Source: Vicugna vicugna | Lineage: Eukaryota | Assembly: GCA_013265495.1 (NCBI GenBank) | Contig: MU058718.1 | Location: 558,001-622,000 of the forward strand | Direction: 5' to 3' | Length of the DNA: 64,000 nt | Part shown: piece by piece, positions 23,596 through 36,455 of the stretch | How positions within the stretch are numbered: position 1 is the first letter of the stretch | Layout of the letters: each line of letters opens with the position of its first letter | Made by a program: the position numbers and the translations under genes | The notes under the pieces: generated by a model | The model's database searches: none | Seen by the model: the letters and a program-made list of their open reading frames with translations, nothing else | Told to the model about the DNA's origin: nothing

Positions 23596-24418
23596 CTTCT
23601 TTTTGAGGAGCAGAAAAGGGAAACCACAGCCTGGTGAGTCCAAGGCTGTGCTGGGTGTCCGGTTCTCAAGTGGGGCTCCTGGAGGCTAAGTGACTTAGCA
23701 AGGTTAGCCAGCTAACATGGAGCTGGGACAGGAATCACATGGGTCTGGCCCCAGAGGTGGTGCTCTCCTGCACGCTGCATGCCTGCCGATGCCTGTCAAC
23801 ATGCTCAGCTCCGAGCACTTAGAAGCAAAGGCTGAGACATCTGCTCTGTGGGTTCCTGCTACCCAGGACAGTACTGTGTGCATTCTAACCACAAAGCCCC
23901 CTCTACCATCTGGATCCTCTCTATCTCTCCAGGCTCCAGCCCCTCTTCCTCCAAGGGGGAGGCAGCCCTGGGAGCCTCCTTTGTCCTGCCGGGGCCCACT
24001 GTCAGCACCTCCCTGGTCCCTCATCCTATGGAGCTCTTGGACATCCTTGACAGTTTGGAAGCACCTTGCAGACAGCGACAATGCTTTCAGATTTCTCTGA
24101 CTCTCCCATGATACCCAGCCGTGGCCTTCTGCACACCTCATACAGGTCTACTGAGTGATGAAAAATATGGAGCAGGAACTAGAAGGAAACTGACAGCTAT
24201 TGTGAAACCTGGACAGAATTGTGAAATCCTATGGGGGTAGGCGGGGAAAAAACAGCAGTGGGACATGTTCTGAGTGCCTGGGAAGTCTCATTATTGCCAC
24301 TGCCTTCCTGTGTGACCCTGGGAAGCTGTTCCCTTCTTGGGGCCTTAGCCTTTCTACCTATAAAGTGGGGAAAGGGTCCTGTGGCCCAAACTGTAGGCCA
24401 TTTCCTAGCTCCTTCACA

Positions 24419-24437
24419 TCTCCACTAGGGGGCGCTT
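24419..24437 (+). promoter_or_regulatory. CTCF motif
   Basis: TCTCCACTAGGGGGCGCTT matches the core CCASYAGRKGGCRS exactly. Confidence 0.65.
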
Positions 24438-27400
24438 GGGGGCCAGAGCGGGGGTTGGGCGTGCAGGTGGAGGGTGGAATGAAAAATGAGGTTGGTGGTT
24501 TGGTGGGAGAGGAAATTGAAACCAATGGCTAAACCAAAGTATCTGTTTTCCTCGATGATACATTGAGGTCTTCCCTGCAATCCGTGTTCCCCATGACCAG
24601 CTGCGTCAGAGGCAGGTGTCCTTTCCGTTATTTAAAATTCTCAAAGAGAAGGTTGGCAAAATGGATCAGTATGAAGAGCACCGGGGAGCGGGTAGGGTTC
24701 TTTCTGACACAAGTTCCAGCAGTGATGGGTTGGAAAGATAACTGTGCCAATTCACGAGCAGACAGAGGACGACGGGCTTCCAGGGAAGAACGGGTCTCCC
24801 CCCGCCGCCCCCCTGCTGCTCTCGGAGTAGGGTCGGGGCAATTAGACAATCTAGAGGGAAGAGTACTTCAGTATTTTCATCCATTCATGTGAAAATCATA
24901 TGCATGCAAAAATTAGCAGCCTTCAGGGTGTGAAGTCTATAAAATAGAAACACAATTTTATATATAGCCAGTTAGCAAATATAAAAAAAACCCTCAGCAA
25001 TTATAGCCATCCATATGCTCATTGTAAAATTTAGTTTACTCTCTAGCACTCCCCTTTAAACAAACACTGTGGAGAGATTTGGATAAATAAAGATGCTCGA
25101 CATTTGGAGAGAAGTGTTTCAGCTGCAGGATTTCTTGCCAACACGCAGCAAAATGCCATTTTCCAAGCCTGGGGTTGCGTGTTCCAAAAAAAGGGGGCTG
25201 AGAAATCCAGAATCTCCAAACCTTAGTGGCTGCTCTTTTAGGTGGAAAGTTGGAGTGCTCGCTTTTTATTCTCCAGCTCTTCCCTCCGGTGCATGGAGGA
25301 GTTGTGACCCCCACCAGTCTCAGAGCAGCTCTGAAAATTTCTGAGTCTTCGGAGAAGCCCATATGTTCACACTCCAGAGTTTCCTAATAGTGTGACTTTT
25401 TAATTGTGTATTTGATAATAACAGATCTGTGACATCTTCCCACACACACAGGACAGAGGGAGACCAGCTGGGTGAACAGCTTCCATCTCGGGCTGTAAGC
25501 CCTCAGCTAGGGGGCTCGGTGGGCAGAGCTCTCAAAGCCTTGGACGAGCATTCGGGCAGTGCTTGCCCATGTGAACCACAGGCCAACTCTTGTCCTGGCT
25601 CCTGCTCATCCTGGGGGCTCAGCGCATTGATCCTGGGCCCCCAGCTGTAGTTTCGAGTCTTCAGCAGGGCAGAAAGGATAGACTCTAAATGAGCCTTCTC
25701 TGCTGTGGCCCAAGCAGGCCTGTTTCCTTAGCTCAGAAGGCATCTCCCAGTGCTAGGAATTCTTCCCTCCCCATCAGACCATTCCAGTATTTAGAGTGTA
25801 TCTGAGGATCCCTGGTTCTAGGATCCCCAGGATCTGGGCTGCCTTGGGACTTTTTGATTGTGTCTTTTTAGAAGTGCCAGGGACGAGAACGGGGACTACT
25901 GTTCAGGCCCAGGGTCTAGAGGATTCTAGAAGGATGCGGCCCCTATCCCTAAAGAGGCACTCCTGCAAGGTCCCCCTGGGGGGACAGAAGCCTCCCAGCT
26001 GAGTCTCATGTCTGTGGCCCCTGAGGTGCACTTCTGCCGCTCTCTCCAAGTCCCTGAGGCTGAGGTCAAGAGGCCAGTTGCTTTAGGACTTTAGAACAAG
26101 AAACAGGTCGGGGCATTCTAGGAAAAACCTTGAGAATCCCACTCTGCCAACAAGAGCTGGGGCCACTCAGACTTTGAGTCTGGTTCAGTGAGAAGTGCGG
26201 TTGCTAGAAGGTGAGAAATCAGGAAAGTCAAGCTGTTGAGGAAAAGATGGAATAGAAGAGCCAGGGCTGGACCATGGTGATGAGGGGAGCAAGGAAGACA
26301 GAGGGAAGGGAGCAACCCGGAAGAAAGGCGGAGAGTGGTGCCAACAGGAAGTGGGGCCAGTGCGGTAGCGTAGGGCAGGTCATGGTGGGCGGGCGAGTGG
26401 CAGAGGAACACGGGTTCCCAGTTGCACCCCTGAGCCTGCTGTGGGGAATACAGCTCTTCTCTAGAGACCTCGATCCTCAATCTGCAAAAGTGAGTGCTGG
26501 GGAAATCCTCTGGGACCTACATTTTCACGAAAAATGAGGAAGAGGACATGGTACAAGACAGTGTTGTGCCATCTCGCCCCAAGTTGGTCTCTCTGAATTT
26601 GACTCTCAGAGGCAGGGGGGCACGGGCCCAGCTGGGTTCTTGGCTGTGATAGAATTGATTCATTGGCCAACCTCCCTACCCACTATGTGCCAGGCCTAAG
26701 TGGGGCTCTTTGCGTTGGCTTACTAGAAGGCAGGGAGCAAATGTTTATTAGGTACTTTAAGTGGGTCCCTGTCCTGGTCTCTGCCTCTGCCTGGCTACCC
26801 CTATCATTCCCGCAGTGGACCCACTGCCCTGACTGTCCTCTCCCTCTCCCCACTCTTTCTAAGGGCAGTTCTCTGGAAGGAATCTGAAACTCACACTAAG
26901 GAGGAAATACATGATGACAGCTCTGTCCACTATGCTCCCAGCTATTCTAATGGTGGGAGGATTTCAGCCATGAGCCACTGCACAGGCAGGTCTGCTGTGG
27001 AGAACAGATGCATCACATCATGAAATGATGCCATGTAAGGTACCGCCTCAACCATCTCACATTCTAGGCGGTCCAGTACCAAAGGTAATTTGCACATAGT
27101 TTTGTGCAAGGGAAGGATGAGATCCCCTTTGAAGCTGCCCAGCCTACCCTTCCCCGTGCTTTTCCTTGGATATCAACGGTTCCTCTGCCCTTTCCTGTCA
27201 AGCCCATCTTTTCCTCTAGGTGGCGAGGAGCCTCCATGGCCTCCCAGGGTCATGCCAGGGCTGCTCTGAGATCCTCTCTGATCCCAAAGGTGGCTGAGCC
27301 CGGGTCAGCAGGAACAGATCTGCTTCCAAGATAAGGTATCATTCTGCAAGCAGTTTTTAAACTAATTTTCCAGTTGGGAAACACTGCCTCTCGGAGGAAC

Positions 27401-28401
27401 ATGACCCTTCTTGCCGGGGGCCATACTGGTTTTGAACTCAAGTCACCATCGCCAACCCCCAACCCTGCACCCCAGGTGAGTGTGTCAGACCCTATCTCCC
27501 TTGCTCTGGGAGGACCAGCTTCATGTTTCCTACTCATCCCAGAGGCCAGCAAGAGGCAACAATCACCGACGGTTCTCTTGGCTTGTCCTGGGAAACATCT
27601 CAAATATGTCCATGTGGGCATGAAGTGAAGAACCCTGCCACAGCCTCCAAGAGGCCCACGGATTCTATAGATCCAAGAAAGAAGGAAGCATCCTGCAAAT
27701 TTGAGCGAGGAGACTGATCAACTGGTACACAACTTGGAGGCTGGTTCTAGCCCCCTGCATTTTCCTTATCCTTTGGAGACATTCCATCATCTTGATGGAG
27801 TTATTTTAAGATTACAGAATCAAAACTTCCTTGGAATGCATTGTAGTCTTCAAGATTTGCCCAGATAGTTCAAAATGGGTGCCCTGAAGACATCCAATGG
27901 CCAGGAGGAAACCACAGCATTGGAATGTAGCACAGTTTTCTGGGAATTTAATTTGGGGTTGGTCAGAAATCTCTATTCCATTTTTGTGCTCACTGTTACT
28001 ACTGCTTGTGTAAAGATGAAAACCCCCTTCTGCCTTCCTGATATGATACTTATGGTCAAGTCCCAGCCCCTGGCCCCCAGCCCCTAGACGCAAAGGCTGA
28101 GGAGGAGCGTTCTGTGCCCGTGGAGGGCTTTCTGCAGCCTCCTCTCCCTTCAGCCAGGGATCCTGGCTCATGGCCGTGCCCTGCCTTGTCCTTCATGCCC
28201 ATGTCCCAGGAGGAGTCACCCCACACGGGCCGAGAGTGCTGAGCAGGACTTAGGAGTGGCTCCTACCAAGCGTTCGCCAGGGTATTTGCAATCGGGAAAT
28301 AAGAGCAGCCCTGTCCCTGTGCCGTGGTTACTAGAAATGCTGTGGTTCATCAGGGCCTTGCTGGAAGTGGGGCTGCCATGCTTGGGTGAGAGGCTAATTA
28401 A

Positions 28402-28425
28402 AACCAAACCAAACCAAACCAAACC
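28402..28425. repeat. (AAACC)n pentanucleotide repeat
   Basis: aaaccaaaccaaaccaaaccaaac is directly visible. Confidence 0.9.
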
Positions 28426-30400
28426 CAAGGGCTCCAGAGTTCTAAGTCCTGTACGCAAAGAACATTATTAAGAGACTTGCAGGTAACTACCAGGAAAACT
28501 GAAAACGGTTGTACGTTGCTGCCTCTGGGAGAAGGGACTGTGGGCCAGGAGGGGAGGGGGACAGTCACTTTTCTCTACAAGCCCTTTGGTATTATTTGAT
28601 TTTTTAACAATGGGAGCAAGAGGCTTCACGGGAAGAGGGTGGAAACGATCTCAGGGTCATAACTGCCCTGACCATAAGCCGACCGTTCAGCACTGCTGTA
28701 GAACAGCGGAGGGGAAACCAAGTGCAGATGGAGGATCCGTATCAACAGATCCAAACGGTTCTTCTCCCAGGGTGCAGCTCTTCCCGGTGGGCTGGGTTTC
28801 CCCAAGTAAGAAGGGGGGTAAAGAGGAGGACTGAGGACTCGGAAGAGGGCCACAGGGAGGGAAAAAGAGGTAGGACAGAATGGAGAACACAAGCATGTTA
28901 GGATTGGAGAAGAGCAGTCAGCTGTGCTAGGGCTCCCGGGGGGCAACACGTGGCTGGGCTGCAGGCCTGGGGCTGAGGTCCGGGTGAACTAAACGCTGAA
29001 GGTGAACGCGCCCAGGATGTCTTCAAATCTTGTCCAGATTCTCTTTCACTGGGAATGGATTACACGTAGTTCTGCATGAAGCAGAGGCTGGGACAAAATG
29101 ACCCAGGGAGAAGGCCTTCACAAATCCCCAATTTTATCAGGTGTTTCTTCCCAGGAAGAAAATAGCAAGTATCAAAATGAAGAAAAGGAGTGTTAGAGCA
29201 AAAGTGCACAAGTAGGAAGAGTTCTGTCAGTCAGGAAGTAACTTTGAACCAGCAGTGTGGACCATGTGCATGTCCTTCCCTTTCCGGACACACCTTACCC
29301 TAGGGGGCTCTCCCCACCCCCACCTTTGGTGGCCTCCCTCCTCCAGCCTGCCTGCCCTTCACTCCTCCATGCGCACTCCTGCCTGATCCCCTGCTCAAAA
29401 TTCAGGGTTCCCACCATCAGCTGCAATCTCTCCAGCTCCCTTGGTCTCCTCGCTGCTACTTCAGGCTGACCCCTCCGCCCAGCCACCGTGGGACTCGCTG
29501 TGGCACTCAATACCCTGGCAGTCTTGGCTCCTATGGCTCCTTCTGCCTGTAACTCCATCCTCTTCTTTCCATCTCTTCACTGTCTGCTCCCTCAAGATCA
29601 GCTCCCATTCCAGGAAGCTTCCTTGCCCACCCAGGCCACAGTGATACTTCCCCTTAAGCTTTTTGTACAGCAGAGCACGTCAACTGCCTAGCATCTCCCT
29701 CCAGGTGCAGCCCATGTCTGGTTCACCCGCCTAGAGGGTCGTCTAAGTAGGTGTAGCAATTGCTTGAGGGGCTTTGTACTACTCGTGGAGGCTAAGAGGC
29801 CAGTTGCTTGTCTAGAGAAAGGTGCAGGCATCTTTGGCTGTACGTAATTCCAGCCACTCTGAGGAGGCGTGGTCAAAGGAGAAGTTAACTCCAGGTGCAC
29901 CAAGCTGCTCCTTAACCAAGTAAAGGGGAGCCGGCTGGTCCACACTGCAAGGCACTCCCAAACCGGGGGCAGGTCTCAGCCTCAGCACCGTCAAGCTTCC
30001 TCTTTCTCTGTCTCACCATCTACACGTCCCTCCACGTACACACCAATCACACACATGCTGCACATGGAACCCCTCCCAACTGCCCCCTGCCCCCTGAAAG
30101 CCCTCCGGTGATATCTCTGGGTGAGTCAACCCAGAAATATGACTAGGATCAAAAATATTCCTGTCAGATCACAACCAACTCTGGGGCTCCGCGTGCTGGC
30201 TCCTAGCCAACCAGCCGCTATTCATGCTGGCAAGGCATGGTTTAAAAAAGGAAAGGCTTCTATAAGCTCAAAAGAATGCATGGTGACAGTCTGAGGCCAA
30301 GCACTTTCCGCCTGGGTTCTCGGGGCATCTATTTTGGTGATCTGGCCTCCCCTCTACAAAAAGGGGACAAGAGAGTGAGGGATGGAGCGCCCAGCCCTAC

Positions 30401-30527
30401 CTGGCTGCTGGAACATCAGCATATTCTGTGGCGAAGTATGCACGGGCAGTGAGCGGGTCCTTTGGACTGAGCTGTGGGTGCGGCTTGGCATGCTATTGCT
30501 GCCCCCGGGGTTGGCGAACCAGAGGTT
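30401..30527 (-). CDS. SAMD4A: SAMD4A coding exon (127 nt): [42 protein letters not shown]
   Basis: Acceptor TCCCTAG|AAC, donor CAG|GTAGGG; phase 0 to 1. This frame is not in the ORF track and was translated by hand. Confidence 0.96.
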
Positions 30528-31855
30528 CTAGGGAGAAACACAAAAGGGAAGCCTGTTAGTCCAGACATCTTAGGGTGGGGGTGGGACTGAGGCCAACAGC
30601 CAGAATCCTGGAGGCAAATACCCTGGGAGAACTCTCTGCTAACTCCTGGAAAGGGGCTTATAGGCCAGCGCAATCCATGTGCTTATTTAGAGAGCAGGTT
30701 TCTAGATTCCATTCATTTCATTCAACACCCTCCTCCCCTCCCCACCTCCTCAGCGGCAGGCCCCTCTCTGAGCCTCAGCTTAATCTGGACACCAATCTCC
30801 CTCACTGTCTCCAAAATTCTTTTTGTCCCTTCTGTTGCCTTTGCTTTTCCTATCACTTTTCTAGGAAATGGGAGGAGTTCTATAAATGTCTGCAATGAAG
30901 AGCACAAACTATTTCAGGGCTCTCATTTGATTTTCTTTTTGAGATTCTTACAATTTACTACAAAGCAAGGAGGAGAAAAAAGAACCTCTCAGCTGGCAAT
31001 GAGCTGGCCCAACTCAGCTTGTGTGTTTATTATTACGTGGGTGTCCCAGCGGTGATTTCCTCCTGGACCGATCTGGGGGCTTCCCACTATGGTCAGAGTG
31101 GGGCTTTCTCCCATCCTGTGCTGCTTCCCCTAGGGAGTGAATCCTGCCTGTCTAACCAGGAGCTGTTTCCTGTTTTAAAACCAAGTTGTCATCTCTTAGT
31201 TTCTCATGACAGCCCAGAATCTCAGACCCCCTTGTGTCCCTCTGATCCCAGCCCCAACCTGCAGAGCCCCACAAAGCAGGTGGAAGACATTAAGTGGGGG
31301 TGGGGAGAAGGGAGGCCATGGGAGAGAGGGTCTAAATCACACAGCAAGAACCTCCAGGCAGCCTGGCCTTGACCAACGGAGAGTGTTTTGGCTCTCCCTC
31401 TGACAGCCTCTCCTAGGCTCCTTCCTGTGGGTTCTCCACTATAGCTGAGAAACCATGATAAAACAGCTATTTGCCTCAGATGAACAGGCTAAGAAAGCAC
31501 CTCAGATGCTCAGGCTCTTCTGGAAGCCAGGTCTGGGATCTGTGTGGGCAGGTAAAGGATCAAGGCAAAGAAGAAACATGTCTTGCATTTCTTCCTAAAG
31601 GCCCCCTCGTGCAGGGCACCCAAGGTTAAAGTGGTCATGGGGCATCCTAAACAAATCCCCATGAAGCCAGGTGTTGCCACGGCCTTGCTTTGTCTCCCGA
31701 GAAACAGTGCAAACAACCTCTGAGGCAGAGGAACAACTGTCATCAGTCTAGCCCCCCTCGGCCCCTCCCCTGGTCGTGGGGTTATCTAGGGGGATGTCCT
31801 GAGCCTCAGGCCCTGAGCTTGGCTGGCCCACCCTCCTGCCCAGGGTGGAGCAGAC

Positions 31856-32057
31856 CTGTCTTCCTTGTTTCATGATGGTGGGGTTGGCGGCTGTGTTGCG
31901 CTGGGTGGAGCTGACGAATCCACTGGTGCCCAAGAGGCCAAGGCGGGCAGAAGGGACATTCCGGGAGGGGATCTGGTACTGGCGTGGGTTCCGTCTGCCC
32001 ATGCCGCCGCCCACAGAGCTGGCCGTCGGGAGAGAGTTGGACTGCCCAAAGCCACGA
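31856..32057 (-). CDS. SAMD4A: SAMD4A coding exon (202 nt): [30 protein letters not shown]...PTIMKQGRQ
   Basis: Acceptor CTCACAG|T, donor CAG|GTCTGC; phase 2 to 0. Confidence 0.96.
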
Positions 32058-32209
32058 CTGTGAGAGCAAACAGAGACCAGAGACCATCAGTCACCCTCAG
32101 CCCTTCGCAGCCCCCAGGTGGCCAGCAGGACACCTCCTTGGGGTCTGCTCATGTTCTGACAGTGACGAGGCCCACAGGGGTCAGGGGCTCTGTGCCAGGA
32201 AAGAGCTAT

Positions 32210-32425
32210 GATTAAAATGACAGCTAACATCTGAGAGCTAATACCATGTGCACCACCCTGGGACTTTTGCAGTGATTCTTCAATCCTCATGACAACCCTA
32301 TGAAGTAGGCACTCTGTCCCCTTTTATAGCTGGAGAAGAAAAACAGAGAGCTTAATAATTTCTCAGAGGTCATACAGCCATTAGGGGGCAGTGCTGGGAT
32401 AGGAGCCCAGCTCTCCATCCTTCCT
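32210..32425 (-). mobile_element. MIR SINE
   Basis: cagctaacatctgagagct...aatcctcatgacaaccctatgaagtaggcact...aggtcatacagc. Confidence 0.75.
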
Positions 32426-35119
32426 CCACTGTGTCCTGGTCCCTGAGCACTCACATGCCCGTCAAGGGGACACACAGCAAGAACGTAGCAGAGCCAGGAT
32501 CAGTGCTCCTTCCATCAGACCATGGTCCATTTCTGACGTCTGTATGTGCAGCAGACTTGGAGAGCACGGCCTCTGAGCCTCACTAGGACTTAAGCTCCTT
32601 AAGAAAAAAGATGATGTCTATCCTCATCAATCCCGCAGGTCCCATGCCTGGATCAGCTCCTGGCAGTAAAGGCACGTTGAATGAATGAATCAATCGCTGA
32701 CCACACGTCTGGGGCTCTGACTCCCGGGTTGAGAGGGGAAATATGAGAACAAAGACGATGATGTCTGCTAGCGCTCTGGACCTAGGACACCGACGGCTCC
32801 CCACTCCTCAGGCCTCCCTGCAGAAAGGCCCAGAGGGGACATGCCTTGTCTGGGTCCACGCAGGGAGGCGGCCAGGGGCCCCTGGCATCACGCGCGCACA
32901 CCATGCTCCCGTTGGTCTGGTGACCTCAGCGCTGAAGAACTTGTTCTCTCCAACAGGCCTCAGGTTTTGGGAGGGTGCACAGCAGCCAGCAGGGTTGCAG
33001 GAACCAGCACATTCTTTCCAAGGAGAGTCAGCTTTAGTCATTCACTGATGGTTAAGTCGAAATGCTTTACCTCCAACGGCCACAAGATGGAACAGACTTG
33101 CTTTCCCAGCCACACAGGAGAGATTTGTACCAAGCATGTTGAGGAGACTCCGGGAGACAGGGCTGACGACGTAGTTTAAGCAGATGATGGGGAGGGGGTG
33201 CTGCAAAACAGTTACTTCCCAAGAAAGAGTTGTGTCTGTGTGGTAGGGAGGTGGTGGAGCATCTAAGTCACCAGCACGGTTGACCTCAGAAAATATTTCT
33301 TTCCTCCCCATATTTCCTAAATTTCCTAGGGGGCAGGGGGAGGGAAGAGAATCCCACAGTGAGCTGGTGGCAACTGATTTCTGGGCTTGAGTCTTTCCAT
33401 TTCTAGGCTTTTGTGGCCAAAGAAAGGGTTCTGATTGTGGTCAGAGGCTCATCTACATGTGGTCAGGAGGACACTCTCAGGTTCTAGGTCTCTTTGTTTA
33501 TCTCATCCTTTCTCCTGCTTTTCCCCTCTCTCCTTTCTTTTACTAAGGTTTAAAATGTTGGGTTTGAAAGAAGAAATTCAGTCCAGGAGGGGTAGAAAGT
33601 GATTTCATGTGATGGGGGAAGACCTCCTTTGGAATACGGTCAACATGTCCCAGGTGGAGACAAGGATCAAGTGGTTGGTTGGTTGGTTGGTTTTTAACTA
33701 CGAAAACTAGTCCTTTAGTTTTTGGAGTCAGAATTTTGGCCTTCTGATAAATGATTCAGTATTCTGCTAAGACTATTCCTTATTTACTGCAGATAGCTTT
33801 TTTTTTTTTTGCTCATTTTCTTTTTTGGTTGGATTTTTTTGAAGTTATTTCACATGCAAAGTAGAGCAGTCAATGAATGATGCGAAAATGATTTGTGCTT
33901 CCAGGAAGGCAAGACTATATTCTTAAGCAATGTGATGCGGGCAGAGGATTCTGTTACGGGATAGTCAGTCATGGGAGAAACGTGGACTCCTAAAATTAGG
34001 ACTCATGGAGCTGGGATGTATGTGGCAGGTAGAGCCCAGAACATTTTGGGGAGAATAGGCTGGATGGAGGGGAAAATTTGGATAGGCCATCTTTCTAATG
34101 ACGGTGGGATCTCACTGGGGCATCCATTGTTGGTTACTGCAAAGCCACTCTTGCTGAGGGTGACCACTGCTGGTAACCAGAATGAGTGCTTAAGTCACTT
34201 AAGATCACCAGGCTTAATGAAACAACCATTCTTTCTGGGGAGAGAACAAAGTGACGAAAGTAAGTTTTCATTTCTCATTCTCTGCCCATCTGTGTCTTTC
34301 TCTGCTTTCCTAAATCTAAACAACTGATCTCATTACCTGGAAATGCATGAAAAGATTGATAAAATAACATGAAAAACAACCAATTAATTGAGGATTTGTG
34401 ATAATTCAAGCAGGGGCTGGGCTGCAGTTATCTTTGTATTATGGGAAAAACAGGTCTTCAAAGCAAATTAATAGCATAAAAAGATTTCAGATGTAATACT
34501 TATGAGAACAAATTATTTTCTGGAGCTTCCAATTGAACTTCCAATTGAACATCCACAATCGATGATTGAATTTATTCTTATCTAATCAATGAAAGGAGGT
34601 CCATCAGGGCTCTAATCTGGCAAAACTTGGGTTAGCCCAGTCCATGCATTGCTTAATAACACTCTAGAGAAGTCAAGGTTAGTGGGAACTCTGATGTGGA
34701 TCAAGAACAAAGCAAGGCAGACAGAGGCAGAGGATGGCACTTTGGGGAGGTGGAGCAGAGAGCTTAAAAGGTCTATCTTTGTCTTCAACCTCTATGTTCC
34801 ATCTTCCTCTTGGAACTTGTCTCCCAAGGGCGCGATGTTGCAAGAGCGGTCTGGAACTTCCTCCTTTTACTTCGGAGTATTGCTGCCTTTACAAGAAAAG
34901 GAAGAGCCTGGGAAGGGGGCAGCTCCAGGGGAGAAGGCTTAGGAGGAGGCCTGGCCTTTCATCTGGGCCCCCAGGAATCCTCAGGGTGCACAAATGGTCC
35001 AGTCCGACCCTCAAGGGAGGCCAACCCCACAGGCTTGGGGCCGGGGAGCTGGCAATAGAGTATTGTTTTGCCTGACTGTCTTTTCCGTACACTGGCTGGA
35101 GACCAGGAGAGCGGTCCAG

Positions 35120-35345
35120 CATCCTTGTGGTTAAGAGCATTGACTTCGGAGCTCGCGCTGGCTTGCTTGGTCCAAGTCCTGGATGCCACTGCCTCCCGAC
35201 TCCTCTGTAAATTGGGGTTAATAATAGCACCTCTACCTCATATGGTTGTTGCAAGGATTAAACGTATTAATATTCTTAAGTGCCCAGATACCCACTTGGC
35301 ACAGAGTAAATGCTAAGTGTTTGTTTAATAAATAACTGTGTTATA
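35120..35345 (+). mobile_element. MIR SINE
   Basis: gtggttaagagcattgacttcggagc...ctgtaaattggggttaataatagcacctctacctcatatggttgttgcaaggattaaa. Confidence 0.8.
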
Positions 35346-36336
35346 TATGCTGGAATATGATAACTCTTCAATTTTTACATTAATCTTTAATGAAGACTTT
35401 TCACAAATTCCAACTGGCCTTATCTCCCTTAAGTCATATAAAGCAGTGATGTTCTAAGGCACACTTATGCAAATAAATGCCAAACATTTTAACAACACAG
35501 ACACAGCTTCTATATATGCACTGAGAAATGAATTCAGAACTTTTTAAGTGCAAGTGAAAAAATTATTATTTATCTGCTCATTGCTGAAAAATGTAAAATA
35601 GGAGGTTGGTGTTTCAGCAAGTCTGCATCATCATTCCCTTGTCTCCCCAAAACTCCCTGTCATTGTTCAAGGCTTCACTCCACCCTCCCCCGTGATTCCT
35701 CCCCCAGATTGTCACTGTAATTCACCTTTAATATGCAACTGGATTCCTCAATTTAAAGCCAGATTAAGGTAATGGGTTCTAAAGTACAACGAGGCTTATT
35801 TTTAACTACATCCACAAAGCTGAAGTACTATGAAAAATCAAGAATGGTACTGCTCCACTCTTAGATTGCAGCTCAGACCAAAATAGACTAGCATGGGGCT
35901 CTTCACCCTGCCACCAACTATAATTAGCTTGTCTGCAGCAAGAAGGGAGAAAAAAATTATACTACCACTTAAGGTGCTGAGAGAACAACCCGTTTTGTCC
36001 TTTCAGAGCCCCCTTCTGTGGATAAACCACCAAGTGTTTCGCAGGCATTCATTAAGTTACACCCACTCCCTGCTCCATGCCCATCTAGACTAATACCGTC
36101 ATTTTGACCATGTAAACTGAGTTGCCAAAGATCACATTCAGCTCTTCCTCTGGGAATCCTTTCCCTCTATAGCCTCTTCCCAACCCCGCATGTTTAAGGA
36201 ATGTGATCTGGAACTCGTCACAGGGAGTCCTGGTAGATAAAGGAATGATGCCCTGCGTAGTCCTGCCCCAGGAACCCAAACAGGTGGTGAGGTATTGGAA
36301 CCACTGTGTATTACAAAGAATGAAATCCCAACATAC

Positions 36337-36455
36337 TTTCTTTGCTGTCGATATCCTGATATGTCTAGAAGGGTTTTCCGAGGGAAAGACCGAAAGAGCT
36401 TCTGCACCTGCTGTTTCCATGACAACAATCTTTTTTTCTGTGTCTCTGTAAATGC
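36337..36455 (-). CDS. SAMD4A: SAMD4A coding exon (119 nt): [39 protein letters not shown](N)
   Basis: Acceptor TTTTTGCAG|GCA, donor AA|GTATGT; phase 0 to 2. Confidence 0.96.
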
